A stretch of DNA of 56,924 bases from Prevotella sp. P5-108 (GTDB lineage Bacteria > Bacillota > Clostridia > Lachnospirales > Lachnospiraceae): contig CAVIRL010000001.1 of NCBI GenBank assembly GCA_963645005.1, forward strand, positions 1-56,924, in the 5' to 3' direction. The translations under genes and the position numbers were made by a program. Under the pieces are notes generated by a model that was not told the origin of the DNA, searched no databases, and worked only from the letters and a program-made list of their open reading frames with translations. Position 1 is the first letter of the stretch. Every line of letters begins with the position of its first letter. Below, one piece after another: positions 19,401 to 26,018 of this stretch.

Positions 19401-20992
19401 CCCGGATCCACTTCCGGCATGCACCAGTGAAAATGAACTCCCGAAAATGTTTCCGAAGACCAGGCTTCGCAGGAAGCACTGGTGTTCATCCAGAGCGCTG
19501 CCAGACGGCGGTTTTCCTCTTTTGCAGCATCAATTTCCGCCTGATTTTCAATTTCTCCGGTCTCCTCATCCTCCTCTTCTTCCGGAACCGGAACAAAAAC
19601 AGGTGCCGGATGGCCGTCGCAGAAAGTCTTGTCATAATGATAGCCATGTTCTACCGTTTTTCTGGCTTCCCCGTCTTCATCCGTTACCATGGCAGACACG
19701 AAGCGGAAATCGTCCCACACAACAGGACTGTCTCTGTGATAGCTCTGATAAGGTGCACCGCCTGCATAAATATAAGCTGCTCCATCCCGGTCCATGTGAA
19801 TCTCGCCTTTGTCATCAAACCGTTCATATAAGGAAAATACAGCACCTTCCAAAGGCTGTCCTGTCTCATGATCCTGCTTTCTCAGACGAACATTATAAGA
19901 AGAAGTCCAGTCCTCCTCGTGGCGGTAAATCTCAAAGTCTATACTTCCGCCCTCTCTGACTGTCGTACCTCCTCCAATCCCCGCATAATAACACAACGTT
20001 GGAGCCTGTACCTCCACAAATGCCAGTCTCTGATGGGCCGTCAGCGGTGCCGCACCACTGTACATCTGACGATGGGTCCCGGCGCATCGGCTGCACCGCC
20101 AGATCTGCAGGCACTGCTCGTACACTTCTTCCGGAGAAGAAAAGCTTCCTCCTCCGCTCCCATACCTGGTGCCCCGGACATCAAACATCAGATACAGAAG
20201 ACCGCCTGCTCCGGTACTGGTCAGACGAATCTCCGTATCCGTTTTCTGACAGATCCAGCCTTCCGGCAGCTGCCCGGTAAAGGATCCCTCCGCCCCGGTA
20301 GAAGAAAATTTCAGCGGAACACTGCGGATAAATTCCGCATCCGTTCCAGATGGATCAAAAGACAGGATATATTCGCCGGGCCGCTCCACGCTCCGGGAAG
20401 GCGTCAGAAGTGCCGGACTGCTGGTCTGGGTATGCCCCTGCAACACGGCAGGCACGCCTTCCGCTGATGCGCCATTTCCCAGCAGCCCCGCCAGCTGCAG
20501 ATACGTTTCCTCCCGGGCAAGTACCGCTTTCAGCCAGGGATATTTTTCCCGCACAGCAGAGGAATGGATCAATAGTTTTAAATCTGCTTCCGTGACAAAA
20601 CCGGTAATTGCCGGAACCCCCTGTGCCGCAGCTCCTGCATTAATATTCTGGATCACTGCATTGATCTGCGGCACATTGCCAAAACTTGCCTGCAAAGTCA
20701 GCATTCCCCAGAATATCAGTGCTGTTTCCTCCCGGCTCAGCGTCTCCGATGGAAGAATGTATTCGTATGTATCTCCATCGATCAACGCCCGGTTTGCTCC
20801 GGCTCCATCGATACAGTAATGGTGAAATCCCGCTCCATAAGCTGTGATGGTATCCCCCTGCTGGGCCGCCTGGGCTTTCCACGGCAGCATCATCATGGCC
20901 GGAAGCAGTTTTCCGCTGATCATAACCACCGCCAGAAGCCACGCTGCCGCACGCCGTACAATTCTCATCTTTTGATCCATTTGTTTTTTCAT
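10448..20992 (-). CDS. Giant (~3514 aa) cell-wall-anchored SpaA/Cna-B-repeat surface protein
   Basis: Signal peptide, multiple SpaA/prealbumin-like modules (LEGAVFSLY, LEGAVYGLFA, YYVKELSRSEGY, YELREIKAPEGY), Pro/Glu stalk, LPSMG-hydrophobic-KRK C-terminus. Start could also be 21034. Confidence 0.85.
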   Translation of the reverse strand: MKKQMDQKMRIVRRAAAWLLAVVMISGKLLPAMMMLPWKAQAAQQGDTITAYGAGFHHYCIDGAGANRALIDGDTYEYILPSETLSREETALIFWGMLTLQASFGNVPQINAVIQNINAGAAAQGVPAITGFVTEADLKLLIHSSAVREKYPWLKAVLAREETYLQLAGLLGNGASAEGVPAVLQGHTQTSSPALLTPSRSVERPGEYILSFDPSGTDAEFIRSVPLKFSSTGAEGSFTGQLPEGWICQKTDTEIRLTSTGAGGLLYLMFDVRGTRYGSGGGSFSSPEEVYEQCLQIWRCSRCAGTHRQMYSGAAPLTAHQRLAFVEVQAPTLCYYAGIGGGTTVREGGSIDFEIYRHEEDWTSSYNVRLRKQDHETGQPLEGAVFSLYERFDDKGEIHMDRDGAAYIYAGGAPYQSYHRDSPVVWDDFRFVSAMVTDEDGEARKTVEHGYHYDKTFCDGHPAPVFVPVPEEEEDEETGEIENQAEIDAAKEENRRLAALWMNTSASCEAWSSETFSGVHFHWCMPEVDPGEIQRILSSGGEEGETPSAGPTISAEAERAFDDSGCGEDTQETYDNFIALRYSYAIAEDTAREGYTLHGNHRDDLPVEVITTDASEHGANAGFAGLYSHEICVSDRAQAEPARIVQEARQQAGAGRLVSETEVPEVRKERRSIWQRILSVFFPSQTDEEMLIDDRTTEADGKSLAEKASVSDAQATKSDAQVNAATGSDAEEEDLPVSWILKLEFPGGKATASGAEMAAEAAVSVRGFRSSETRKQKAGGTDLFTDAYNSALNAQSSGQETTTGPEDRYSHCSGRDGEDDWWQIYDHRTEGEIHINKRDMDLKAGENNQYDSYGDAQGDAVLEGAVYGLFAEEDLIHPDGKTGVVYQKNDLVAVVSTDKNGDASFMACTEAPGQFYNYETGQIENRPGGWNLTAPFNLYDRSQSFDDYTEDGQYIRTYPDYSARNGNCWIGRPLFMGRYYVKELSRSEGYELSVGNRQAPFTNAGQDLDSYAGTDREGYAVVTKGLYAEQQVQSGASGAYGDPAFQELFFQVASEKSEGFDLAFSGIPEGSRLYRLDTQLKTKPAQVSTGRFTESVETDLLGRPLYAVTEYEGQYPRYCPDGSLLTRERPVSRTVTDIECATEKELDASRCETLMKRAEEELDEASVLEILRKPFQSEQQNFVKYKLELILRANGKATPKQGSGTGAGVRYTTLEHPVYDTGYQSGKEISFGSPVVTLQIPRCQENGEAVTVGELLASLLDYYQENAYYSYGGLDGIQEMEDTWEIAVYAGRAGSPECFYVPEKGERSAAFYLRVPYVPGDASETPRYCYAVYTEGDEEESFGTYTGFQNGDEHGLGRVSAVLVPDAMADSDGSLVTRCISETVYYEPGEIPLDADGNRIPKICYTEETVPGETQKLYGNWTEIATGDQAGVWHVESNYTDFYGNAHRDEERQEYQFKLVLPGSEQVVLSGEEAAMVSGNWSAGDIMGRASYYLAVKQASVRACLDYASGTEGEENSFVRRVVLLYPGQDEVWQDGSGKPGNGTQAEPLAVEERSIRQRIRVSKTIEETSYRNTSSYADAHEDWWTRQYSGKTAVENFRFKAYLKSNLQNLYRNEQGEIIWQDRKGTERTFAEQEQANAAFPEKVNRIYTRVLHRTDPLYKNTADSAICNTQLYAYEDGQIQEQQASGYTALLETVEALVEDGEKVRTAARPNYEKFFDAIETANHDKWDEAAPTYTSWRPVGNAANRSEDTLWNTRVSDRVRQFAITWYLDDVAAKLIQEDGSSASGETAFSDEILDRGMREAIEKAQNYLKPFFTYDLDTLYAIAWDEEPGGGADGDLTTLSADTANQTGETDSVFEYYGISAMLPYGTYVVAEQQPKYPDLEDFKNRHYETDRPKEIELPAVYADEAGAEASPGCLDPFYRYQASFTAAQLEQRYQIRFLEESRVIQAHSTRGDFEIYPYGLELDRFRNGEPENPAEGDYAALTQSVYRPAKNYYNEADDRAAGAVHYYLSEGQDGREAVSQVYRYSSVSEQAGTADNVWYPDGNVTEDNAAGTWYRDQVSSMQGSQTAYDGRYAPMLVPYSAVRETTGESGALGYGNVRFRNRLYTARLRLEKLDSETHENILHDGAVFRIYAAKRDDAENGEGRVLFYEKDTQIRGTKEFLTAMGAADIRPILRGGEILGRFAGFWSRLWKQTDDDTKRDAATSAGPTVEKEQISFSETCYTGVVPAGTPVCEESEQILLGDRFGLQMGMMKAFATVRDGQTADVSGNLQTVGYLCTPQPLSAGAYVLCETKPPAGYARSKPVALEIYSDRITYYQNGEQDSRVLAAVYEDDADEQTTYRTKPQDQIHTARVYLENEPIRLKVEKKAAQAEAGESVKEHTAGEQNVSEHAESEPESGYVPGARMTLFDAISLTPSGDSQDFTYEGLVIERDDAGHVERMYVKEGFGGEKTEFLPEQDENGRLYTASWPAGVDRNGEIIQVEGNVWNSVTVMRPDTDILYYDLSDLRLEITPETDGKDGRYQAFAWKGASKFLEFEGGDLTKITYDEKDKILIPDAGTHVYHLGRDGARDALVDPYTGMAYVVRDFDGTNGSWDQIRGRDGTGAGKKQVLVWPVNIRRDDYGNVIARDKITTSRMALVGDGENAYLTGSWKSDSGEESHRESSITRNENGQNLNDEILLDDNNGNFEKTMDPVYDRHGLVDYYQRSGESYDKAAKLYDRNGEFVRSQFSDNLESYDHAAYGVQEHGALLDEGQGLSHRKGEAYVVENTWITSEQYPNDPFTSVMTEGQGDILERVPAGCYIMEELNAPEGFIKALPMGIAVEETAELQTVTMTDEPTKTEFSKTDGENSAFDCGYAEGAVLGLWKTGTGMEDSDSDPVSVWTTDGAPHCITHLPVGTYLWKEIQVPSGFVSHDPVRVTVKERAEIQKYEMKEDHTRVEVEKYCLENGKDHADGEMLVGGAGFTLYPAKLDNAGSICYEEGRPLYEKASPIVHWITDDGSTYRNFPDAFETMYLEHGAAPGSSVMWDAGEALHRAEFMAEYQKEQIHPTDPQQTILVYQMETGAQIRIGVTKQTDLPADHPYRFEYQFNWKELPDVNAYACSYLTLENRQRLDYLPAGNCYVLVETEVPPGFSRAEDTLVTVADTGEVQLYRVENEEGTLLISKVYENGTKELAGARLALYRADETGGLTKSSSYLFDSWVSGSDGRYTELDAINHRIPQGYAEGDLKPHRIRRLPDGIYWLAEQQSPAYYTTFEPVQILYEWQSEIRIVRVNDRPATGRLRLEKTDSSGHPLEDAVFELAAYTEAAGERETETEPVFRMYFSAPIEQTDLPVGEVMDHGAIHPYWYELREIKAPEGYVLNPEVFRWQFEPDTGVSSYPPNGQAQYQVTVVDRKKPDIPEPEPEPETPESDTPGSEEPKEPETPETPYVPDHDTPETPERQPVLRIGKILAWYQPSSPDGAAWLYLGPGGRWKIRLPSMGDDRKTLIWCVLFLMSAAMLSALWDAEEDKRK

Positions 20993-21088
20993 ACACCTGT
21001 TTCCCCTGTTCTCCCGCAGCCATTCACACATCATGCAAATAGCTGCCTTTTCTCCTTCGCGCCAGGCAAATACCGGTCCGATTCTGCC

Positions 21089-24000
21089 CTACTGTCCCGT
21101 CTCCTGACGCTGCACCACGCCATTCACGATCCACGCGCCATTTTCATTGGTCTGTTTTCCATCCGGCAAAACTGCATTGCACCGGAGGGCGCCTCGCGTT
21201 CCGTTCGATTCTTCCTCAAAGTACAGACACTGTCCGTCAATCCAGTTCCAGCCGGTCAGCATACGGCCCTGTGTTCCGTCAGAAGATGGATTCAGGTAAT
21301 ACCGGTTTCCATCTGCATCCTGATACCATCCGGTCACCAGGAATCCATTTTCGTCAAACCGGAACCAGTCATAAACACTCTGCCCGGCTGCCGTGCTGGC
21401 ATACGGATTGTGAACTGCTGCCCATTCCTTCGCATAAGTACGTTCCTTGTCTGCAAACATCCACTGTCCGGCCGCATTCTGCATCCAGGTTCCTGTCACA
21501 ACATAGGAAGGAAGCGACGGACCTGCCACCGTAGTTACCCCTCCGGAGGTAATTCCGTTGGAGCTGCTGCCTCCACCTCCGGACCCTTTTGAGGAACCGC
21601 CACCCCCGCCGGAGCCTCCTGTGCTGACTCTTGCCACAGTCTCATCCACGGTGACAAACGCAATCCTGACGCGGCACTGAGCCTGAATATGTCCGTGTGT
21701 CTGGTCTTCACTGACTGCCGTGACAAGTTCTTCCCAGGTGCCGTTTCCACTCACCTTTTCCAACGGTTTCTCTTTTTTCAGAGCCCGGTCCCGGTTGATC
21801 AGATTCTGGATCCAGGCCGGATTGCTTTCTCCTGCCGGATCCCACACGGGTGTAAGCCTGCAGTTCTGCCGGTTTGCCCCGGAAGACTCTAACTGAAGGT
21901 TCTTTCCGCTCTCCGCATCCTTCCAGCTTACCTGCTCATAAAATGGATGCTCCGGCTCCAGTGCCACCGTCAGCACTACCGGCTCCGAAACGGTGATGCT
22001 CTCCACCGGCTGATAGCAGCTTCCGGTCAGCTTTCTGGTTACTGTAAACAGCACCTCATCCTGATTTAATTTCAAATTTTCTACACGCACCGTTGTCAGG
22101 TCCACGATCTGAAAATCCACCGCCACACGGCAGTTTGCGTAAAGTGCCTGATGATTGACCGATGTCTCCGGATTGGTTACCGCAGAAACCACTCCGTATC
22201 GTGTATACACGGTATCACGGATTTTTTCCCGGTACTGGTTCTGGGCCTGGGCTTTTACTTCACGGTTTACAATATTGGTAATAAACGCAGAGTTCATATT
22301 CGGCATGACCAGTGCGTCCTTCATGGTATAACCAGTCTCAGAACGATTTTCCAGAAGATCCGTATCATCAATCATCCAGCGCACAGTCCGGTCTGCTGTC
22401 TGTCCGTTTCCGTTATGCTCTGCATGCACAAGAACCGGCTGCACCTCCACACTGTGATCCTGTTTTCCGTCCACATAGCGGGCGATCAGAATTCCATCCG
22501 CATTTTTTACCTCTGTCACGATCTGCGGGTTTTTACGATCTCCGCTGCGGGTCTGCACAATGGAGATCCGTGTTTCAGCCGGATCTGCCGTCAGCTTCGT
22601 GGTCACCTTTTCGTATTCTGCGCGAAGCTCTGTGTCACATTCCGGCATAATAAACGAGTAAGCACCTCCGCTCACATACTGCATCGGCTGTTCCTCTTCA
22701 TCCTCATCCAGATAAGTGGGTGGCTTTACTCCTCCGGCTGCATGAAGGTCCACCACCATCTGATAGCGGTCCTCCGCCGTATTTTTCGGAGCAGTGGCCA
22801 CCGTCACCACTGCTCCGGCCTTGATGGCTGACGGATGATCTTTGTCAATGTCCCGGTAATAGGAACTGCCTGTTGAAGAAATCGCCGACATTGCTGCCAC
22901 ATCGGTATCATATGTCCCGTTGGCATTCCGGGCATCGATCCGCGGAATGTAGACCAGATAGCCCCTGGTCGGTTCTCCCATGAAGCCCGGAGCGAAATGA
23001 TCCAGGGCAAACGGCAGGTCTTTTTTATAGCCTTCCATGGTAAATCCACGGCCCAGCTTCTGGGTAACAATATAGCGGATACCATCCTCCAGCTCCTCAT
23101 AGAAGAAGCGATCCCCGCAGTCATACTCAATCTGACCTGCTACCGTTTTATACTTTCGTTCCAGATCAGACCAGTAACCAATATGCGCATCCTCCGCAAA
23201 GCGGTTATCTCCGTCGATGGTACTGCCAAACACCTGCTTTGCCTTGGCCAGCGTGTTCGTAAACAGATAAGAAATGCGGCTGTCACGTTCTGTTCCATAA
23301 GTGAAGCGGGCACTGCTGTCCCTGGTTCCGACAAAGGTTCCCTCTCTGGATGCGCTGCCATTATTCGTCCTGGAAATGACTCCCGCCATGCGGGCCAGGA
23401 TCAGATTGCCGCTCTCGTATTTTCCGACAATGCCTCCGACGGCACAGCTCCCGTTTCCGCCGATCGTGCCATTCACATACGAATTGTAAATACCGCTCAG
23501 GGTCATGACTCCGGCAATCCCGCCTACAAATCCTTTGCCCTGGATCCGGTCCGATGCCCCATTCTGGGTGATTACCACATTATCGATCAGATAAGCCTTC
23601 TCTGCATGTCCGGCAATGCCTCCCACAGCACCATCCGCTGCTACTCCATTCATGGAAATGCCTTCTGCCCGGCAGTTCTCCACGATGACCGAGCCATCGG
23701 ATTCCTGAAGCTGCGTACCGGCAGCCGTTCCTTTTCCGCTTCCGCAAAGCACCGCTGCAATGCCGCCTGCATTATGGCCGGAATACACATAACCAGACAC
23801 TGTCACGTTCCGGATCACGGCACCATTCTTTACGGTTCCTGCCAGAATTCCAACCCGGTCGCTTCCACGCACCTGATCGCACTGGATTTCCAGATTCTCA
23901 ACACTGCCTCCATCAATCACACCGAACAGGCCCAGATTCGTTTTTCCATCCAGCTCACCGGCAATCTTCAGACCGGTTATGGTATTGCCGCATCCGTCAA

Positions 24001-24595
24001 AATAGCCGCGAAACGGTGTGGAAACCTCCCCGTTTAATTCCGAACGGCTGCGGTACCAGCCAATTGGGTTCCAGTCTCCCCGGTTGATGGAAAGTCCGCC
24101 AAGATCCAGACTTTGTGCCAGTTCAAAATAACAGCTTTCATAATCATTTCCGGCTGCGACTGACTCAGCCAGGCCCATCAGATGAGACAGTGTTTCAATC
24201 TGATAAGGAGATTCCCTCGTTCCCTCTCCCGGGAAATTCACATTGCCATTCCAGTCCTCCCACAGATCTCCGGTTACCGGAACCTGGGCCGCCAGCATCG
24301 GCAGATCCGATGAGGTCGCAATTTCTGTCCCCATGAAAGCATCCGAAGCCGTTGCCAGATCCGCTTCCAGCTCTATCTCTCCGGAATTATCCTCCTCTGT
24401 TTCGGTAAAATTCAAACGTGCATTGCTCTCCGTTGCCCTCGTAAAGCCGGATTTCCCTTCCGGCACCCAGGCGCCGGCATTCTCTGCCATGGCAATTCCC
24501 GCCGGAAAAACGCCCGGTGAAAGTACGGTCAGCAGCACTGCCATGGCAGACGCTGTCTGGCGTTTTCTGTAAAATTTCTTCTGGTTATTTCTCAT
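21089..24595 (-). CDS. Secreted GLUG-motif protein with C-terminal cell-wall-binding repeats
   Basis: Signal peptide; F.G.FDG.G.TI.GL, GLFG and repeated VGGIAG/VGGIVG motifs; Gly/Ser linker; WFRFDENGFLVTGW and RYYLNP..G.MLTGW repeats. Confidence 0.85.
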   Translation of the reverse strand: MRNNQKKFYRKRQTASAMAVLLTVLSPGVFPAGIAMAENAGAWVPEGKSGFTRATESNARLNFTETEEDNSGEIELEADLATASDAFMGTEIATSSDLPMLAAQVPVTGDLWEDWNGNVNFPGEGTRESPYQIETLSHLMGLAESVAAGNDYESCYFELAQSLDLGGLSINRGDWNPIGWYRSRSELNGEVSTPFRGYFDGCGNTITGLKIAGELDGKTNLGLFGVIDGGSVENLEIQCDQVRGSDRVGILAGTVKNGAVIRNVTVSGYVYSGHNAGGIAAVLCGSGKGTAAGTQLQESDGSVIVENCRAEGISMNGVAADGAVGGIAGHAEKAYLIDNVVITQNGASDRIQGKGFVGGIAGVMTLSGIYNSYVNGTIGGNGSCAVGGIVGKYESGNLILARMAGVISRTNNGSASREGTFVGTRDSSARFTYGTERDSRISYLFTNTLAKAKQVFGSTIDGDNRFAEDAHIGYWSDLERKYKTVAGQIEYDCGDRFFYEELEDGIRYIVTQKLGRGFTMEGYKKDLPFALDHFAPGFMGEPTRGYLVYIPRIDARNANGTYDTDVAAMSAISSTGSSYYRDIDKDHPSAIKAGAVVTVATAPKNTAEDRYQMVVDLHAAGGVKPPTYLDEDEEEQPMQYVSGGAYSFIMPECDTELRAEYEKVTTKLTADPAETRISIVQTRSGDRKNPQIVTEVKNADGILIARYVDGKQDHSVEVQPVLVHAEHNGNGQTADRTVRWMIDDTDLLENRSETGYTMKDALVMPNMNSAFITNIVNREVKAQAQNQYREKIRDTVYTRYGVVSAVTNPETSVNHQALYANCRVAVDFQIVDLTTVRVENLKLNQDEVLFTVTRKLTGSCYQPVESITVSEPVVLTVALEPEHPFYEQVSWKDAESGKNLQLESSGANRQNCRLTPVWDPAGESNPAWIQNLINRDRALKKEKPLEKVSGNGTWEELVTAVSEDQTHGHIQAQCRVRIAFVTVDETVARVSTGGSGGGGGSSKGSGGGGSSSNGITSGGVTTVAGPSLPSYVVTGTWMQNAAGQWMFADKERTYAKEWAAVHNPYASTAAGQSVYDWFRFDENGFLVTGWYQDADGNRYYLNPSSDGTQGRMLTGWNWIDGQCLYFEEESNGTRGALRCNAVLPDGKQTNENGAWIVNGVVQRQETGQ

Positions 24596-24609
24596 ACATC
24601 CCCCTTATC

Positions 24610-25596
24610 CTACAACTGCGGCAGCACGAAAGCCGGCCGCACCCCTGTTGTTCCTGTTACACGTAATTCTTCATCCATGTCTGTTTTCCGGTCCTCTGTC
24701 TTTGGCACATTCCTGCTCCCTGCTGTTCCGGTCTGTTCCCTCGTTTTCTGCCCCTCCGTTCTGTCTGACAGCCGTAGATCCGTCCTCACCGCTTCCGGCC
24801 GGATATTTCCCTGCACCAGATCCACGATATAAACCTGACTTCCCTCTGCATTCCCGCAGGGCGTGCGAAGCCAGTATCCTTTGCAGAATTCACTGGTCTG
24901 CGTTTCCGGATTCCGCTTTTTCGCCGGGCCAAACCGCCACAGCCAGTTCCGGTACCGGTATGCCTCGTCCACAGACAGGATAAACAACTGATCCTCCAGC
25001 TTCTGACTGCCCAGATACTGCGCAGTCAGTTCATCTCCCGGAAACTGTTCCCACAGCTCCGCTCCTGTCTGGCCCTCATAGGCCCGTTCCACACCGGTGT
25101 TTACCATTTCCGCATCTGAAAAATTCTCTGCTGACCCGGAAAGCCACGCACGGACAGCGGAATATTTATAATCCGCTGTGTCTCCAAAGCACACGATAGG
25201 TCCGGGATAGTAGATGTAGCCATGAGAAGCATCCTCCGGCATCTCAAATTCGTAACGGGAACCGACATTGGCTGGTATAACCTCATCACACAAAAACAAG
25301 GCACCCTTTCTGTGGTAATCCATATGGTCCGCATAATTCTGGTCAATGCATCGAAAACGATAGGATGTTCCTCCGATTTTCCGTGTGACCGTGTCCCCAA
25401 TGTTCCAGTGCCGGATCTGAATTGCTTTGCTTTGCGATATTTCCTGCAGTTTTGTTGTCTCCTGTTTCTCGGCTGCCTGACCATCCGGCTCCGGCCCGGT
25501 TCCGGCTCCATAAACCGTCAATGCCGGCCCCGCCGCCAGAATGGTCCATGCACAAAGTACCAGAAGCAGATATTTGCTTCCTCGTTCTGACTGCAT
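24610..25596 (-). CDS. Secreted/membrane protein with DUF6273-like domain
   Basis: N-terminal hydrophobic segment; Y..S.VRAWL, LFILSVDEA, YWLRTP and terminal GVRPAFVL motifs. Start ATG 25596 follows GGAGGAGAGAGGGG. Confidence 0.7.
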   Translation of the reverse strand: MQSERGSKYLLLVLCAWTILAAGPALTVYGAGTGPEPDGQAAEKQETTKLQEISQSKAIQIRHWNIGDTVTRKIGGTSYRFRCIDQNYADHMDYHRKGALFLCDEVIPANVGSRYEFEMPEDASHGYIYYPGPIVCFGDTADYKYSAVRAWLSGSAENFSDAEMVNTGVERAYEGQTGAELWEQFPGDELTAQYLGSQKLEDQLFILSVDEAYRYRNWLWRFGPAKKRNPETQTSEFCKGYWLRTPCGNAEGSQVYIVDLVQGNIRPEAVRTDLRLSDRTEGQKTREQTGTAGSRNVPKTEDRKTDMDEELRVTGTTGVRPAFVLPQL

Positions 25597-25868
25597 CGCA
25601 TTCCCCCTCTCTCCTCCTGCGATCCTGTTTTTGTATTCTGATCCTGTGTAAAAACGCGCGAACTGCGCCATGAGCTGCAAATTACTGACAGCCTACTGAT
25701 AAAACTGAAAACAAAAAGAATTCAAATTCATCTTCTGTTAAAACTCTGAACAAGAAAAACACTTTAAAACAGAGAAATGAACGTGATCATAACGAAACAT
25801 AAAAATAAATGAGTGTGATACTAAATGAATGTAACCTAAAGATAACAGAAAAACAGAATCTCAGATCA

Positions 25869-25914
25869 ATCGTTACTGTGTCACCATCATAGCACAGTAA
25901 CGATACCAGTACAA
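25869..25914 (-). promoter_or_regulatory. Promoter of the surface-protein operon, with a 12-bp inverted repeat bracketing the -10 box
   Basis: TTGTAC-17 nt-TATGAT (TG extended); ATCGTTACTGTG-N12-CACAGTAACGAT. Confidence 0.6.
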
Positions 25915-25949
25915 GAAAAGTTCATCAACAAAAGATGACACAAACCGAC

Positions 25950-25988
25950 AAAAACTGCCATGCGGGCAGGAACCATACCATGGGCAGA
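25950..25988 (-). terminator. Probable terminator of the ABC-F gene
   Basis: Minus strand CTGCCCATG...CATGGCAG-TTTTT. Confidence 0.5.
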
Positions 25989-26018
25989 GCGGTATAGCTC
26001 CTGCATGACTCCGGGTTC

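Noticed and set aside
24610..25870. Diversity-generating retroelement targeting the DUF6273-like gene
   Set aside because: No reverse transcriptase and no second copy of the C-terminal region in the window. The nearby A-rich tract is A-rich on the wrong strand and does not align with the gene. A remote DGR cannot be excluded without the genome.
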